Under the pieces are notes generated by a model that saw only the letters and a program-made list of their open reading frames with translations, was not told where the DNA came from and did no database searches. This document shows positions 35,713 to 45,534 of a stretch of 59,939 nt of DNA, piece after piece; within the stretch, counting starts at the first letter, position 1, and every line of letters starts with the position of its first letter. A program made the position numbers and the translations under genes. Origin of the DNA: a virus (Duplodnaviria; Caudoviricetes); IMG/VR virus record IMGVR_UViG_3300050016_000385, positions 1 to 59,939 of that record; one strand, written 5' to 3'.

Positions 35713-37434
35713 TCAGATACGCTCGGGCGGCGCGTTCGCGCGCTTGAACTGTTCCGCCAAAAGCTCGGTGAGGGGCATCTTCCGCCCGTCGTGGGTCTTG
35801 GCGTACTCCGCCTGAATGTCTTCCCGTTGCTGGCTTACAGATTTGGTCTGCGGCCCACTGGGGTTGACGGAGGTTCCATGCGGCTCGGTGCGGCTGGCGC
35901 GGGTCTGCGCGTCCACGGTGGCTTGCCGGGAGTTCTGGCGTTCGAGCGCCCCGCCCTTGGCCATACGCAACACTTCCCCGGCGACCGGGCCGAGGATTTC
36001 GTTGGTGTAGGTCAGGATGTGTTTGGTCAGCGCCTGCTCTCTCTTCTCGCTCGGAGCTTGACGAAGAATGCTGTCGTAAACCGACTGGAACAGGGGCGCA
36101 CGGGAATCCGTGGCTTGAGTCCAAGTTCCATCTTCGTTCTTAACTCCGAGTTTCTGATCGATCAGGTCGCCGATCCGCGACATCGCGGCGGTGGCCTCGA
36201 ACTCGCTGAGTCCGGCCTTGTCGAATGCGGGTTTCAATTGGGCTTGGGCGTTGTCCGCTGCTTTGGACTCGGCCCGCTCGATTGACTGCAGGTGGGCGGT
36301 GCGTGTGGATTCCTGCTGCTGGCGGGCAGCCGCGGCGTCGCGATCGTTCGCTGCCGTCTCTCTCGCCTTGAGAGAATCCGCAAGGGGCTTCAACTGGTCG
36401 GGTATTTCTCCTGACGCTGGAGAGGACAGCGCACTTACCTCTCGGAGAATGTTCACGCCAGCTAAGAGCCGCTCGCCGTCTTCACCTTGGGCTTTCGCGG
36501 TGGTGGTAAAGAAATCGAGAATACTGGAAAGGGTTTTCTGCAGGGGCGCGGGCAGTTTTCCGCCCTGCGTCATCTGCTGCAAATACACGTCCTGCTTGTT
36601 GCCGTAGATGGTGTCGAAGATGGAGTAGATCGCGGGATGGAGTTGGTACTTTCCGTTCGCGTCCATCAGCGGCTTGCCGTCGTCGCCGACCATCATCGCT
36701 TCTTTCACCCAGGAACCCAGGAAGGCTCTCGCGCCGTCGGGGTTCGGAGTGCCGTCATCGTTCGCCGCGGAGAGGAAGTGATTGTCGATGGACTGGAACG
36801 TCGCTGCGGCTTTCGCGATGGTGGGGGCGTTGTCAGGGTAGATGCCGTGCTCGGCGATCTTTAGCGCGTCTCCGCTTCGACGGAGAGCCGCCGAGATGGC
36901 GTGCTTCTCTTCGGGGTGTGTGTCGTAGTAGGCTTTCGCCGCCGCGTCTTTGGTGATGGCGTCGTTGAATTCCTTGGGACCGAAGACAGGGCCGCCACCC
37001 AGATCGAGTTCCTGTACAGCTTCGGCGGGCACAGCGTCGGCAGGCTTTGCGTCCCCGGGCTTGGCTTCTCCGGGTTTTGCCTCGTCGACGGCCGCAGCGG
37101 GAACTTCCGCAGGCGCGTCTCCGGGTTTCGGCGCTCCCGCTCCAGCAGCTTCCGCGGCTTCCGCTTCCAGTTCCTCCGGCGTTTTGGAAACGACTTCTTT
37201 CCAGCCTTGTTCGATCTTCTCGCGTAATGTGGTTGGTTCTTTGGGAGCGGCAGGCGCGAGGCCGGAATCTGGAGCAGCTCCGGGTGTTCCAGAAGCGGGA
37301 GCAGGCGAAGACGATGGCGCTGGCGATGACGACGGTGCGGGCGCCGTCGCAGGAGCGGGCGTTGCCGCTGGTGCGGGTGCGCTAGGGGCTGCGGGTGCCG
37401 GCGCTGAGGCCGGGGCTGCTAGTTCGGCTGGCAT
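35713..37434 (-). CDS. putative scaffolding protein
   Basis: Ala/Pro-rich N-terminus, coiled coils, between portal and capsid; GAGGAG RBS. Confidence 0.7.
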   Translation of the reverse strand: MPAELAAPASAPAPAAPSAPAPAATPAPATAPAPSSSPAPSSSPAPASGTPGAAPDSGLAPAAPKEPTTLREKIEQGWKEVVSKTPEELEAEAAEAAGAGAPKPGDAPAEVPAAAVDEAKPGEAKPGDAKPADAVPAEAVQELDLGGGPVFGPKEFNDAITKDAAAKAYYDTHPEEKHAISAALRRSGDALKIAEHGIYPDNAPTIAKAAATFQSIDNHFLSAANDDGTPNPDGARAFLGSWVKEAMMVGDDGKPLMDANGKYQLHPAIYSIFDTIYGNKQDVYLQQMTQGGKLPAPLQKTLSSILDFFTTTAKAQGEDGERLLAGVNILREVSALSSPASGEIPDQLKPLADSLKARETAANDRDAAAARQQQESTRTAHLQSIERAESKAADNAQAQLKPAFDKAGLSEFEATAAMSRIGDLIDQKLGVKNEDGTWTQATDSRAPLFQSVYDSILRQAPSEKREQALTKHILTYTNEILGPVAGEVLRMAKGGALERQNSRQATVDAQTRASRTEPHGTSVNPSGPQTKSVSQQREDIQAEYAKTHDGRKMPLTELLAEQFKRANAPPERI

Positions 37435-37466
37435 GGAATCTCCTCTTGAGTGAGCTCAGGAAATAT

Positions 37467-37494
37467 GAGAGAAGCCCGGTTAGGGGCTTCCCTC
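37467..37494 (-). terminator. hairpin (terminator or processing site)
   Basis: GAGGGAAGCCC-CTAACC-GGGCTTCTCTC, weak U tract. Confidence 0.5.
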
Positions 37495-37506
37495 GTGATC
37501 GCGTGT

Positions 37507-38106
37507 TTACTCGGCTGGTTCCGGCTCGGATGCGGCTTGGGGCGCGGCCGGAGCTTGGTCGAGCAGGGTTGTCACATCCGGCTCTGGCGCGGCTTTCGCG
37601 GTGTCTTGTTGTGCGGGCGATTGATCGGGCAGCGGCGCAGGGCCAGTCGCGTTTGATCCGTCGGTGTACCGCTTAGTCTCGATTCTCAGTCCACTCGTCC
37701 CAGCGCCGGGCAGTTTCGTCTCGACGGGCTTCCTGGCTCCCGCGTCCAGATGCTCCGCGACTACAGCGTCCAGCAGAGGCCGCGGCTTGGGCACGATTCG
37801 CCCGTCGTTGTCTTTCGTCGGCGGCGCGAACCGATGATCGAACATGGGATGATCTTTCGGCGCGACGTTGTGATCTTCGTCCGGGTACTTCCAGCAGTTG
37901 ATGTGGAAGGTGGGAAGATCGGGGTTCGGTTCCTGCCGCGATTCGTGGTCCATGTGGGGCACGTCGTACACGTCGATGGTGCGCCCCTCGGCGTCCTGAT
38001 AGGAGACGGAGACGAAGCCGTCGTGCAATTGGTTGAGCGATTTCACCAGTGCGTTGTGGGGCACGCCTTTGGCATCGAGGTAGACTACGACTTCGTTGAC
38101 GTTCAT
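37507..38106 (-). CDS. hypothetical protein
   Basis: AGGAG RBS; MNVNEVVVYLDAKGVPHNALV SH3-like start. Confidence 0.75.
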   Translation of the reverse strand: MNVNEVVVYLDAKGVPHNALVKSLNQLHDGFVSVSYQDAEGRTIDVYDVPHMDHESRQEPNPDLPTFHINCWKYPDEDHNVAPKDHPMFDHRFAPPTKDNDGRIVPKPRPLLDAVVAEHLDAGARKPVETKLPGAGTSGLRIETKRYTDGSNATGPAPLPDQSPAQQDTAKAAPEPDVTTLLDQAPAAPQAASEPEPAE

Positions 38107-38140
38107 GGGGTTCTCCTGAAGTAAGATCGGTGCATGGAAT

Positions 38141-38242
38141 TCAAAGAGGCTCTGAAGGTTTTCCCGGCGCGGCGAACACTTCGACGGCGATCCAGAGCAA
38201 TAGAATAAAAAGAAAGGCACGCAACTCCTTCACTCCGCTCAC
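38141..38242 (-). CDS. 33-aa hydrophobic micro-ORF
   Basis: GTGA overlap with portal stop; ELRAFLFILLLWIAVEVFA. Confidence 0.45.
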   Translation of the reverse strand: MSGVKELRAFLFILLLWIAVEVFAAPGKPSEPL

Positions 38243-40671
38243 GCCGACGCTCCCGCTGCCTGGGGTTGCGCTCCCGGTCCCGCTGGCGCTCCACCCGTCA
38301 ACTGCCGTTCCGCTGCGAGTTCCTTCTGGTACACCACACAGAGTTTGTAGTAAGCGACGAGCGAGTCGAGCGCGGGCTGGTTGTCTTTCACTTTGTCCCA
38401 GTGCGCCTGCGTCCAGGATTCCAAAATCTTCTGCGAGGCTGCGAGATCGTCGAGATATTTGTTCGGCTGCACGGCCGGGATCATCACCGTCTCGCCCGGC
38501 TTCATGGGGTCGGGCTGCTCGGTCGCGGGCGATTTGACCAGGATGTTGATCACCTGCAACATCTTCTCGCGCATAGAAGCGCCGGGCGCCACCAGCCCTG
38601 GCACGCCGATGTAGCGGATGGCGTTGTCCATGTTCTCCGGCTCCGCCATCAGCCACTGCACCATTTCGGTGTTGGCGCTCTGGAAAAGCTGCTGATACCA
38701 CCCCTTGATGTCGGCGTAGGTCATAGGGAAGCCTTGATCGGTCTCTGGCTCCGCGTGCACGCTGCCTTTCATCTGGTCGAGATGGACGTATTCCGCGTAG
38801 AACTCTTTGGCCTCGTCGGCGACCGTCAACTGCCAGTCTTCGGTCATATTTTTGGCGGCGCATTTGATGGCGTTCTCGGCGGCCCTCGCGTGCTCTTTGC
38901 GGATCGTCAGCCAGTGCAGCCCGAGCTTCACCATGCCGGTGTTCAACTGTTGCGCCTGTCCGGAGGCGGTTTCGATGCCTTCCTGGGTTCCGGCGCCAAA
39001 AACCTGCGGCGGCGTTCCCACCAGCAGTTCCATGTCCGACTTGAGGCTCGCGGCGTACTGGAAGATCATGGCGTCGATCTCGGCCCGCACCTGAAAAACG
39101 AGTTCCTGAATGTTCGAGAGCGGCGCGCCTTTGCGCAGGTGGATCTCGTTTAGGATGCCCGGCAGGATGGGCTTGTTGTTCATCGCCTGGGCGTCGAGAT
39201 ACTCCGCATTGATCAACAGCAGCCCACAGGCCAGCCGGTCCATATATTCGTCGATCTTCGAGATGCAGTCATTCAACCGCTCCTGCACCGGCACGGCAGG
39301 ATTCCCCGCGGGTTCTGGCATCAGGCCAAATCCCGCCACTTCCGTGCCGTTCCAGGTCCACTCGTCGGTGAGCTTACAAGCGCGAATCTGCAACGGGAGC
39401 TCGTTGACCCAGGCCAACATACAGCCATCGGGGAAGGCTTTACTCAGTTCGTCGCACTCCGCTTTCGTGATGCCATCTGCCTCTGCAAAGAGCATCGGCT
39501 GAATCCAGGTGCGGTTGTAGGTGGGCTTCGACTGGTTCGAGAAGGCAAAATACGCCGAGCCCTGCGGAGCCGCCGTTAACATGTCCCGCCACTGCCGTTC
39601 GAGCGTAGTCGCGCTCGATCCGCCGGATTCCCCAGACTGTAATTGCTCCCACTTCTCGTTGAAGGTCCGGCGCAACCAACCGAGCGATACTTCCTCAGCC
39701 ACATTCAGCAGGCAGGTATTCAGTAGATCGGGCGCATCGGGATCGACGTCGACGTGCATCGGCCCGTAGACGGTTTGCAGCACCATACCGTTCGGCACAT
39801 CGGCACGCTCGTCGGCAACCGGGACGGTTTCGGTGTGGGGCTCAAAGAAGTTCTGCGGCCCGAACGGACTGCCGCAATTGGGGCAAGCGAAACTGGTTTG
39901 GCCGGCCAGTGCGTCCTCTGGCGTAGTTGCTCCGCAGTGAAAGCAGGTATAGCGCGCGGGCAGAATGTCGGTCTTCAGCAGTCGGAGGACGGTCTGCTTG
40001 TGGGTTCCGGTGCGGTCTTTGTCCACCACGTAGCGGGTGAATTTGAAATAACACCCAGAGGTGAAAAGCTCCATCAACTCGATGAGCAGCAGAATGTCGG
40101 GGTCGTTCGCCCGCTCGATGATGGTTTCGACCCGGCTCGCAACCAACGCCGTGGCCCGGTCCTCTTCGACGTTCGGATTCACGGGCAGCCACCGCGATTT
40201 CGGAATCTGCGCGCTCAAGGCCGCTACAAAAGCCTTTTCGAGCATCTGGTAGAAGTTGTGCGGCCGCTTGTCCATGGTCTGATCGGCATTGCGGTCGTCC
40301 GACGCCCCCATGTAGTTCCAGTATTCCTCGAAGGCGTCGAAAGTTTGATAGGTGCCGGGCAGCACCCCGATGTTGTGGTTGCCCTTCAGCATCTCCTTGT
40401 TTTTGAGGATGGTCAGGATTTTCGGACGGCGCTTCCATTCCCATTGCGTTCGCTTCTCGGTGACCACATCGATCAGCCGCTTGCCCCACTTTTGCAGCAA
40501 GGCTTCCATTTCGTCATCTGGCTCGGCGGGAGACTGTGGATTCGGTTCTTCCGAGGGTGGAGTCTTCGGCGGCGTGACCACGGCAGAGAGCGTGGAGTCC
40601 TGGCCAGGAATCGGCGGGGCCTGGCCTACAGCGGGGGCTTGCCCGAGGTGTTGGGTGGGAGCGGTGGCCAT
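38239..40671 (-). CDS. portal protein with zinc-ribbon insertion
   Basis: 810 aa first in head cluster; NFYQML..FVAALS, VQERLNDCISKIDE, ETASGQAQQLN; CFHC-x16-CPNC insertion. Confidence 0.8.
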   Translation of the reverse strand: MATAPTQHLGQAPAVGQAPPIPGQDSTLSAVVTPPKTPPSEEPNPQSPAEPDDEMEALLQKWGKRLIDVVTEKRTQWEWKRRPKILTILKNKEMLKGNHNIGVLPGTYQTFDAFEEYWNYMGASDDRNADQTMDKRPHNFYQMLEKAFVAALSAQIPKSRWLPVNPNVEEDRATALVASRVETIIERANDPDILLLIELMELFTSGCYFKFTRYVVDKDRTGTHKQTVLRLLKTDILPARYTCFHCGATTPEDALAGQTSFACPNCGSPFGPQNFFEPHTETVPVADERADVPNGMVLQTVYGPMHVDVDPDAPDLLNTCLLNVAEEVSLGWLRRTFNEKWEQLQSGESGGSSATTLERQWRDMLTAAPQGSAYFAFSNQSKPTYNRTWIQPMLFAEADGITKAECDELSKAFPDGCMLAWVNELPLQIRACKLTDEWTWNGTEVAGFGLMPEPAGNPAVPVQERLNDCISKIDEYMDRLACGLLLINAEYLDAQAMNNKPILPGILNEIHLRKGAPLSNIQELVFQVRAEIDAMIFQYAASLKSDMELLVGTPPQVFGAGTQEGIETASGQAQQLNTGMVKLGLHWLTIRKEHARAAENAIKCAAKNMTEDWQLTVADEAKEFYAEYVHLDQMKGSVHAEPETDQGFPMTYADIKGWYQQLFQSANTEMVQWLMAEPENMDNAIRYIGVPGLVAPGASMREKMLQVINILVKSPATEQPDPMKPGETVMIPAVQPNKYLDDLAASQKILESWTQAHWDKVKDNQPALDSLVAYYKLCVVYQKELAAERQLTGGAPAGPGAQPQAAGASA

Positions 40672-40675
40672 GAAG

Positions 40676-40993
40676 TTAAGTCGTTACCGCTTCGTAAGTC
40701 GCCGCGAAGATGTCCGGCTTGCAGGGATAGAATTCGCCGTTCACACCCTTGATGATCCAGTCGTCTCCTCGCGCGAGAAACTCTTCACTCTCTAGCGTGT
40801 GCATGAGCAGCCCGAGTCCGGAGTTACCTCCCGCGATCATGTTCGTCTTGTTTTCTGGCAGCGGGAGGCCGTCCCCATCCAGCCACACGCCTCGCACGAA
40901 CCACGGCTTCGGAACGAAATCGCAAATCTCATTCCATGTCGCCCAAGTCAATTGAACGGCCTCGACGACGACGGGCTTTTTACGAAACTTCAA
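40676..40993 (-). CDS. conserved phage protein (KKPVVVEA...GEFYPCKPDIF family)
   Basis: Widespread motif FRKKPVVVEAVQ...DWIIKGVNGEFYPCKPDIFAATYE; TTG start 1 nt after upstream stop. Confidence 0.8.
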   Translation of the reverse strand: MKFRKKPVVVEAVQLTWATWNEICDFVPKPWFVRGVWLDGDGLPLPENKTNMIAGGNSGLGLLMHTLESEEFLARGDDWIIKGVNGEFYPCKPDIFAATYEAVTT

Positions 40994-40994
40994 T

Positions 40995-41327
40995 CTAGGA
41001 AACCCCTTGCTTCGCCGCCTCAAACATCACCTGCGCCGGGTGGGTGCCGTGCGCCCGTCTCCGCTTCTCCATCTCGTCTTCGACTTTCACCCGCTGCATT
41101 TCCCGTCCCAGTAAGGAGGGACGAGTACGCATGACTGAGCGCAATCTGGCTTTGGTTGCGGCCCTTGCGGCTTCGAACTCATCGAGGGAAGGCACAGGTC
41201 TTTCGGGTTGTGGTTGCGCTTCTGGTGGCGCCGGCGGATGAAGCCGCGTTTTCAACTCCACGATCTGCTCGCGCAGCTCCGCCACCATCTCTTCGTGGTC
41301 GGAGCGAAACATGAGACGCAAGTCCAT
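40995..41327 (-). CDS. hypothetical protein
   Basis: 110-aa coiled-coil ORF. Confidence 0.65.
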   Translation of the reverse strand: MDLRLMFRSDHEEMVAELREQIVELKTRLHPPAPPEAQPQPERPVPSLDEFEAARAATKARLRSVMRTRPSLLGREMQRVKVEDEMEKRRRAHGTHPAQVMFEAAKQGVS

Positions 41328-41341
41328 GGAGTTTTGCGAAG

Positions 41342-42676
41342 TTAGTTGACGATGAAGTAGCTCACGCAGGCCGGATTGCTCGCAATGACCGCGCCGATGG
41401 TGAAGGTGAAAGACGTCCCCCCGGTTCGCGCCGTGACCACTGGATTCAGGAGCGTGGAAAGTGTGGTGTTACAGGTGACGCTTAATTTCGTTCCTAGACT
41501 CTCATCCACGCTTAACAGGATCTGACTGTTGGCCGTGACTGCGGTCGTGTTGACTACCAATGTCGGATTGGTTCCGGTTGGCAGGGCCACGCTACCTGCT
41601 GCCGCCGCCGCACACACGGCGGGAGAGGCGCTGCTGGAACAATTTGTAGTCGTTAAGAGCGCCGGAGTTGTGATTGAGGTTAGGAATGTCGGGGCGGTTT
41701 GCAAGGGGATTCTTCCGGTGCCGGTAATGGCCTGCGGATTCAGTAGGTCGAAATTCGCCCCGTCATAAATCATGCAGGCGGGTTCGTTGGTCCCGATGTC
41801 TCCCGGAGCGATAAGGCCGCCAGCGAACCGAACAATCGTTTTCGCACCCAACCCGCTAAAGTTCACGGTGGGGTTTGTGGTCGTGCTTGCAGCGGAAGCC
41901 TTGAAGCAGCCATAGCTCCCGGTGGCTGGGCCGGTCATGGGCGGCGCTAAGGTAACGACGTAGGCGTTGACCGCCCCGGTATCGGCGGCGTAGAGATTCT
42001 GCGGTAATGTTTGCCCGAGAACAAATGCCGTGGTTGCGACTTGCGTCGTGTTAGTGTTCGCCGCCGCGGTCGGCGCGGTCGGGGTGCCAGTCAGTCCAGG
42101 CGAAGCCACGGGCGCAATCGACGAATCCACATACGCCGAGGTGATTGTCGTGCAGGTGGGAACCGCCGAAGCGCTCACTGCGGTCACGGCCTGATTCGTA
42201 CACGTCCCGCCCGGAGTCGTGCCCCCGATCTTGGTGCAGGTGATGACGCCCGCGGACGTCGCCGTGCAATCGCTGCTTAAATTCGCAAGGACATTGCCCA
42301 GAGCGAACGTCGAGCTGCTGGTCCCACTGGGGCATTCCAGACTGACATTCGTGGTCGAGGTCTGGAAAGTGCAATTCAGAAAGTTCGATTGCGCGGCCGG
42401 AGTAGCGGCGTTGAAATTCGCCGTCGCCAGATTGCTGCCTCCGGCTACGGTCACGTTGCTACCAGAACCCGCGCCGGTACAGGTGAGGGCGAAAATACTG
42501 CCACTCTGCGTGGCGGTGCATCCCGAGACCAGATTGAGCGTCACTCCGCCGCTGGCTGTGCCTACGGCGCTGCCGTTGTTTTGTACGGTAATCGAGCCGC
42601 GGGAGCCATTACTGGACTGGCTGAAGGCAGCCAGCGTGAGCAACAGGAAGACGGCAATAAGGAGCCTGGGTCTCAT
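41342..42676 (-). CDS. tail fibre protein with Sec signal peptide
   Basis: MRPRLLIAVFLLLTLAAFS|Q; fibre motifs ASPGLTGTPTAPTAAANTNTTQVATTAFV and YAADTGAVNAYVVTL...GLGAKTI...YDGANFDLLNP; 14 Cys. Confidence 0.85.
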   Translation of the reverse strand: MRPRLLIAVFLLLTLAAFSQSSNGSRGSITVQNNGSAVGTASGGVTLNLVSGCTATQSGSIFALTCTGAGSGSNVTVAGGSNLATANFNAATPAAQSNFLNCTFQTSTTNVSLECPSGTSSSTFALGNVLANLSSDCTATSAGVITCTKIGGTTPGGTCTNQAVTAVSASAVPTCTTITSAYVDSSIAPVASPGLTGTPTAPTAAANTNTTQVATTAFVLGQTLPQNLYAADTGAVNAYVVTLAPPMTGPATGSYGCFKASAASTTTNPTVNFSGLGAKTIVRFAGGLIAPGDIGTNEPACMIYDGANFDLLNPQAITGTGRIPLQTAPTFLTSITTPALLTTTNCSSSASPAVCAAAAAGSVALPTGTNPTLVVNTTAVTANSQILLSVDESLGTKLSVTCNTTLSTLLNPVVTARTGGTSFTFTIGAVIASNPACVSYFIVN

Positions 42677-42678
42677 AT

Positions 42679-43032
42679 TTAGTCGTACTCGATGAAGCGC
42701 AACGTGGTTGCGGTGGCGGTGTTCGAGCGGGCTTTGATCAGGTTGTCGGCCGCCCGGTAGTTGGGCGTGCCCACCGTATTCTGGGCATTCATTCCGAGCA
42801 GCGGCCCGCGATCCCCTACCCTGTGGAAGTTCGGGATCTGAATCGGCTCCGAGCCAAACGACACTGTGTTCAAAGCGACGAAGTTGTCCACAAAGCTCGA
42901 AAACTGGATGCCTTGGGGCGCGGTGCCTTCGTCTTCCATGAACTCTATGCCTCGAGTCGGCCCGGTGGCTGCGATGGTGACAAACGCTCCAGCATTGCCG
43001 TTGAGCGCGATCAAACGTTCGCGTTGCGCCAT
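42679..43032 (-). CDS. hypothetical beta-rich protein (possible structural)
   Basis: 117 aa, tight spacing. Confidence 0.7.
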   Translation of the reverse strand: MAQRERLIALNGNAGAFVTIAATGPTRGIEFMEDEGTAPQGIQFSSFVDNFVALNTVSFGSEPIQIPNFHRVGDRGPLLGMNAQNTVGTPNYRAADNLIKARSNTATATTLRFIEYD

Positions 43033-43037
43033 TTCCC

Positions 43038-43229
43038 CTACCCCCTCTCCGCGATGCGCTGGCCAATCGACTTCCGCTTCGGCGGCGCTTCGCCCGTGGG
43101 CAACATGTCGGGATTCTTGTTGGCGGTGGCGTGGAACACGGATTCGCCTTTTTTCTCGCCGTAGTGGTCCTGCATCTTTTGCATGACCTCGCGGCCCTTG
43201 CCTTTGAAATACTTTCCGATTGGGCTCAT
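43038..43229 (-). CDS. small basic phage protein
   Basis: KGREVMQKMQDHYGEKKGESVFHATANK; ATGA coupling. Confidence 0.7.
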   Translation of the reverse strand: MSPIGKYFKGKGREVMQKMQDHYGEKKGESVFHATANKNPDMLPTGEAPPKRKSIGQRIAERG

Positions 43230-43609
43230 TTCGTGGCTCCCATCAGTTCAGTCACCGACACTCCGGTGTTCGGAATCACTTGGTCGGCGCGGTCGTCGTG
43301 GATGACGCTGAAGCGTTTACTCTTCTCGTGGGTGATGGGGAGGATTTCCCCCAAATGCGCCTTACACCAGGCCGCGATCGCGAGATAGGACAGCGTGGCG
43401 TTCATCCCTTCCTTGAAAGTGTCATCGCCCGGATTGACCCGCGCCGTAAAGATGAAGACTTCCTCGCCCGCCGCGCGCCAGGCTTTCACTTTCTTGACCA
43501 TCTCCTCGACGGCAGAGCCGATCTTCTGCGGGCCATACTTCTCCAGGTCACCCGTTTGGTAGTGGGCCAGAGTGCAGTCCAGATCGACGGCGTGAACTTC
43601 TTTTGACAT
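43226..43609 (-). CDS. HAD-superfamily phosphatase-like protein
   Basis: AVDLDCTLA, IFTAR, THEK, IHDDRA = HAD motifs I-IV. Confidence 0.8.
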   Translation of the reverse strand: MSKEVHAVDLDCTLAHYQTGDLEKYGPQKIGSAVEEMVKKVKAWRAAGEEVFIFTARVNPGDDTFKEGMNATLSYLAIAAWCKAHLGEILPITHEKSKRFSVIHDDRADQVIPNTGVSVTELMGATK

Positions 43610-43763
43610 GAAGGAAAGGGAGTGGGGCCGCTTTGGACCACAGCGCCATCTCACGCCGAAAGGGGTCGCGGAAATCGGCGCTAAAGGCAAACTGGCTGGA
43701 GCCGGCCCCGCACTCCAGCTCTTCCCGTGGCCCAAAGGAAAGCCTGCTTGTTAGTGATTGAAG

Positions 43764-45422
43764 CTAGTTGTTGAGCACTTCGATTTTCAGATCCTGCATT
43801 TGCGGTGGGGTCGTGCTTTCAGCGCCGCTGGTCTGCAGGAATACGAAGAACACAGCGTCCTGATCGAGCACGTCCGCGGTGATGGCTGCGGTCGAGCCTT
43901 CGATGTAGGGGTTGCCGATGGTCCCCTGAGCGCTCACCTGCTCAATGCCAAAGCCGCCCGGCATGATGGTGCCGGTTGTGCCAATGGCGTTTACGGTCCA
44001 GTCGCATTCCTCGTGGTACTTGATCGCAGCCGTGCCAGTGGCGGTGATGTCGCCGGCAAGTTTGCAGATGATCAAAGGCGTTCCGGTAGAGAAGTCGGTG
44101 ATGTCGCCGATTTCCACGTCGATGCCGGTAGCGGTGCCGCCCGTCGAAGGTGTGGCCGTCACGTCGAAGGAGAAGCGGACGGTGCCGCCGATTCCCAGGT
44201 TCTGCAGGAAGCCAGTGGGCAACTGCACGGTTCCTACTACGCCAAGCTGCCCAGCAGTCAAGGCGGGAGTCGCCGTAAACGGCCCGTAGTTCAACTGAAA
44301 CCCATAGCCTGGCCGCTGGCTCGGTCGATAGGCAAAGGTGGTGTGGCTTTGCGGGTTGGGATTGTAGGCCGCCGCGATTCCGCCAGATTGGGGGATCAGC
44401 GAGGTCGTAGTCACCGGGCCCAACATGGTGGCCGCGGATCCAATCGCGCAAACCGGATAGGCGGTGAAGGTGGTCGAGAGCGTGCAGTTTGAAGCCGTTA
44501 CTGGCAGGACATAGGCGGCGCTGTTGTAGGTCAACCCTCCCCAAGGGAGCCACCCATAGGCGCCGGTCGAAGCTGCTGGCGAGTTGTACTGCAGCACGTT
44601 GGTGCCGGAAGCGCTGGGAGTCAGGGTGTGAGTAACGGAAGCCACACTCCAACCGCCGAGCGCGTCGATGTAGATGTCGCCTGCAACCTCCGCGCTGTTC
44701 GGCCAGGTGCCGCCGGTGGTGGCCGACTGACAAACCAAGCCTGCGGTCGCGGCGCAAGTCAGGTTCGCGCTGGCCGTCGGTACGGCCAAAGCCGTGAGCG
44801 TCGAGGGCTGCAGGTTATACCACGCTGGGCCAGTCCCTGAAATATCGTTAATGAGCTGGTTGGCTTGCAGCGTGCCGCCCACAGTGGCCGCCGTCGTGAT
44901 GGTCGCAGCGGTGCAGCCATCGTCATAGAACTTTTGGTCAACGATCACCGTGCCCGCTTTTCCGCCGAGATCGTTCAACGCCTCGCGCAGTCCGCACGTG
45001 CCGGAACGCAGATTGAAGCTGTAGTGCGAGTTCGCCGGGCTCATGTTGATGGTGCAGGTTGAGCTGGTGAGGGTCGGCGCCGTCTCAGTCACGGTTTCCG
45101 TGTTCGCCGAAACTGCATCGATGATGTTGACGCTGGCATTGGCGTTGAACGGCTGGACGCCGCGCACTCCGGCATGGACCGCCTCGAAGCAGGCTTCCGC
45201 CGGGAAGGTGTAAGTCCCGCCCATTCCCGAATTGAAGGTGGAAGGGATGTTGTAGTTGAACTGGCTGGCGACGCGCTGGTTGTCGATGGCCCACGCGCTT
45301 AGCCCGTAGTTTCCGGCGCTCGAGTTCGCGTTGTAGCCGCCGCCGCTTTGCGAGAATGCCAGAGCCGTCGAGAGTACGATGACGAGCGCCAGCAGTGAGG
45401 TTACGATCCGACGTGGTTTCAT
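43764..45422 (-). CDS. Sec-signal beta-rich fibre/appendage-like protein
   Basis: MKPRRIVTSLLALVIVLSTALAFS|Q; SGTCGLREALND; AGGAG RBS; 10 Cys. Confidence 0.75.
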   Translation of the reverse strand: MKPRRIVTSLLALVIVLSTALAFSQSGGGYNANSSAGNYGLSAWAIDNQRVASQFNYNIPSTFNSGMGGTYTFPAEACFEAVHAGVRGVQPFNANASVNIIDAVSANTETVTETAPTLTSSTCTINMSPANSHYSFNLRSGTCGLREALNDLGGKAGTVIVDQKFYDDGCTAATITTAATVGGTLQANQLINDISGTGPAWYNLQPSTLTALAVPTASANLTCAATAGLVCQSATTGGTWPNSAEVAGDIYIDALGGWSVASVTHTLTPSASGTNVLQYNSPAASTGAYGWLPWGGLTYNSAAYVLPVTASNCTLSTTFTAYPVCAIGSAATMLGPVTTTSLIPQSGGIAAAYNPNPQSHTTFAYRPSQRPGYGFQLNYGPFTATPALTAGQLGVVGTVQLPTGFLQNLGIGGTVRFSFDVTATPSTGGTATGIDVEIGDITDFSTGTPLIICKLAGDITATGTAAIKYHEECDWTVNAIGTTGTIMPGGFGIEQVSAQGTIGNPYIEGSTAAITADVLDQDAVFFVFLQTSGAESTTPPQMQDLKIEVLNN

Positions 45423-45534
45423 TGGGTGTTTGCTCCTGAGTTGGAAGTAATGAATTCCGGAATCTAGTTGCACAGTGCGAACGGAAGAAACGCGACGGAA
45501 ATCCATTGGACCCTGATCGTCGCTGATTTGACCA

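Noticed and set aside
40676-40993. Calling this a known nucleotide-sponge anti-defence protein
   Set aside because: Familiar phage motif, but I cannot match it confidently to Tad1, Tad2 or Acb2
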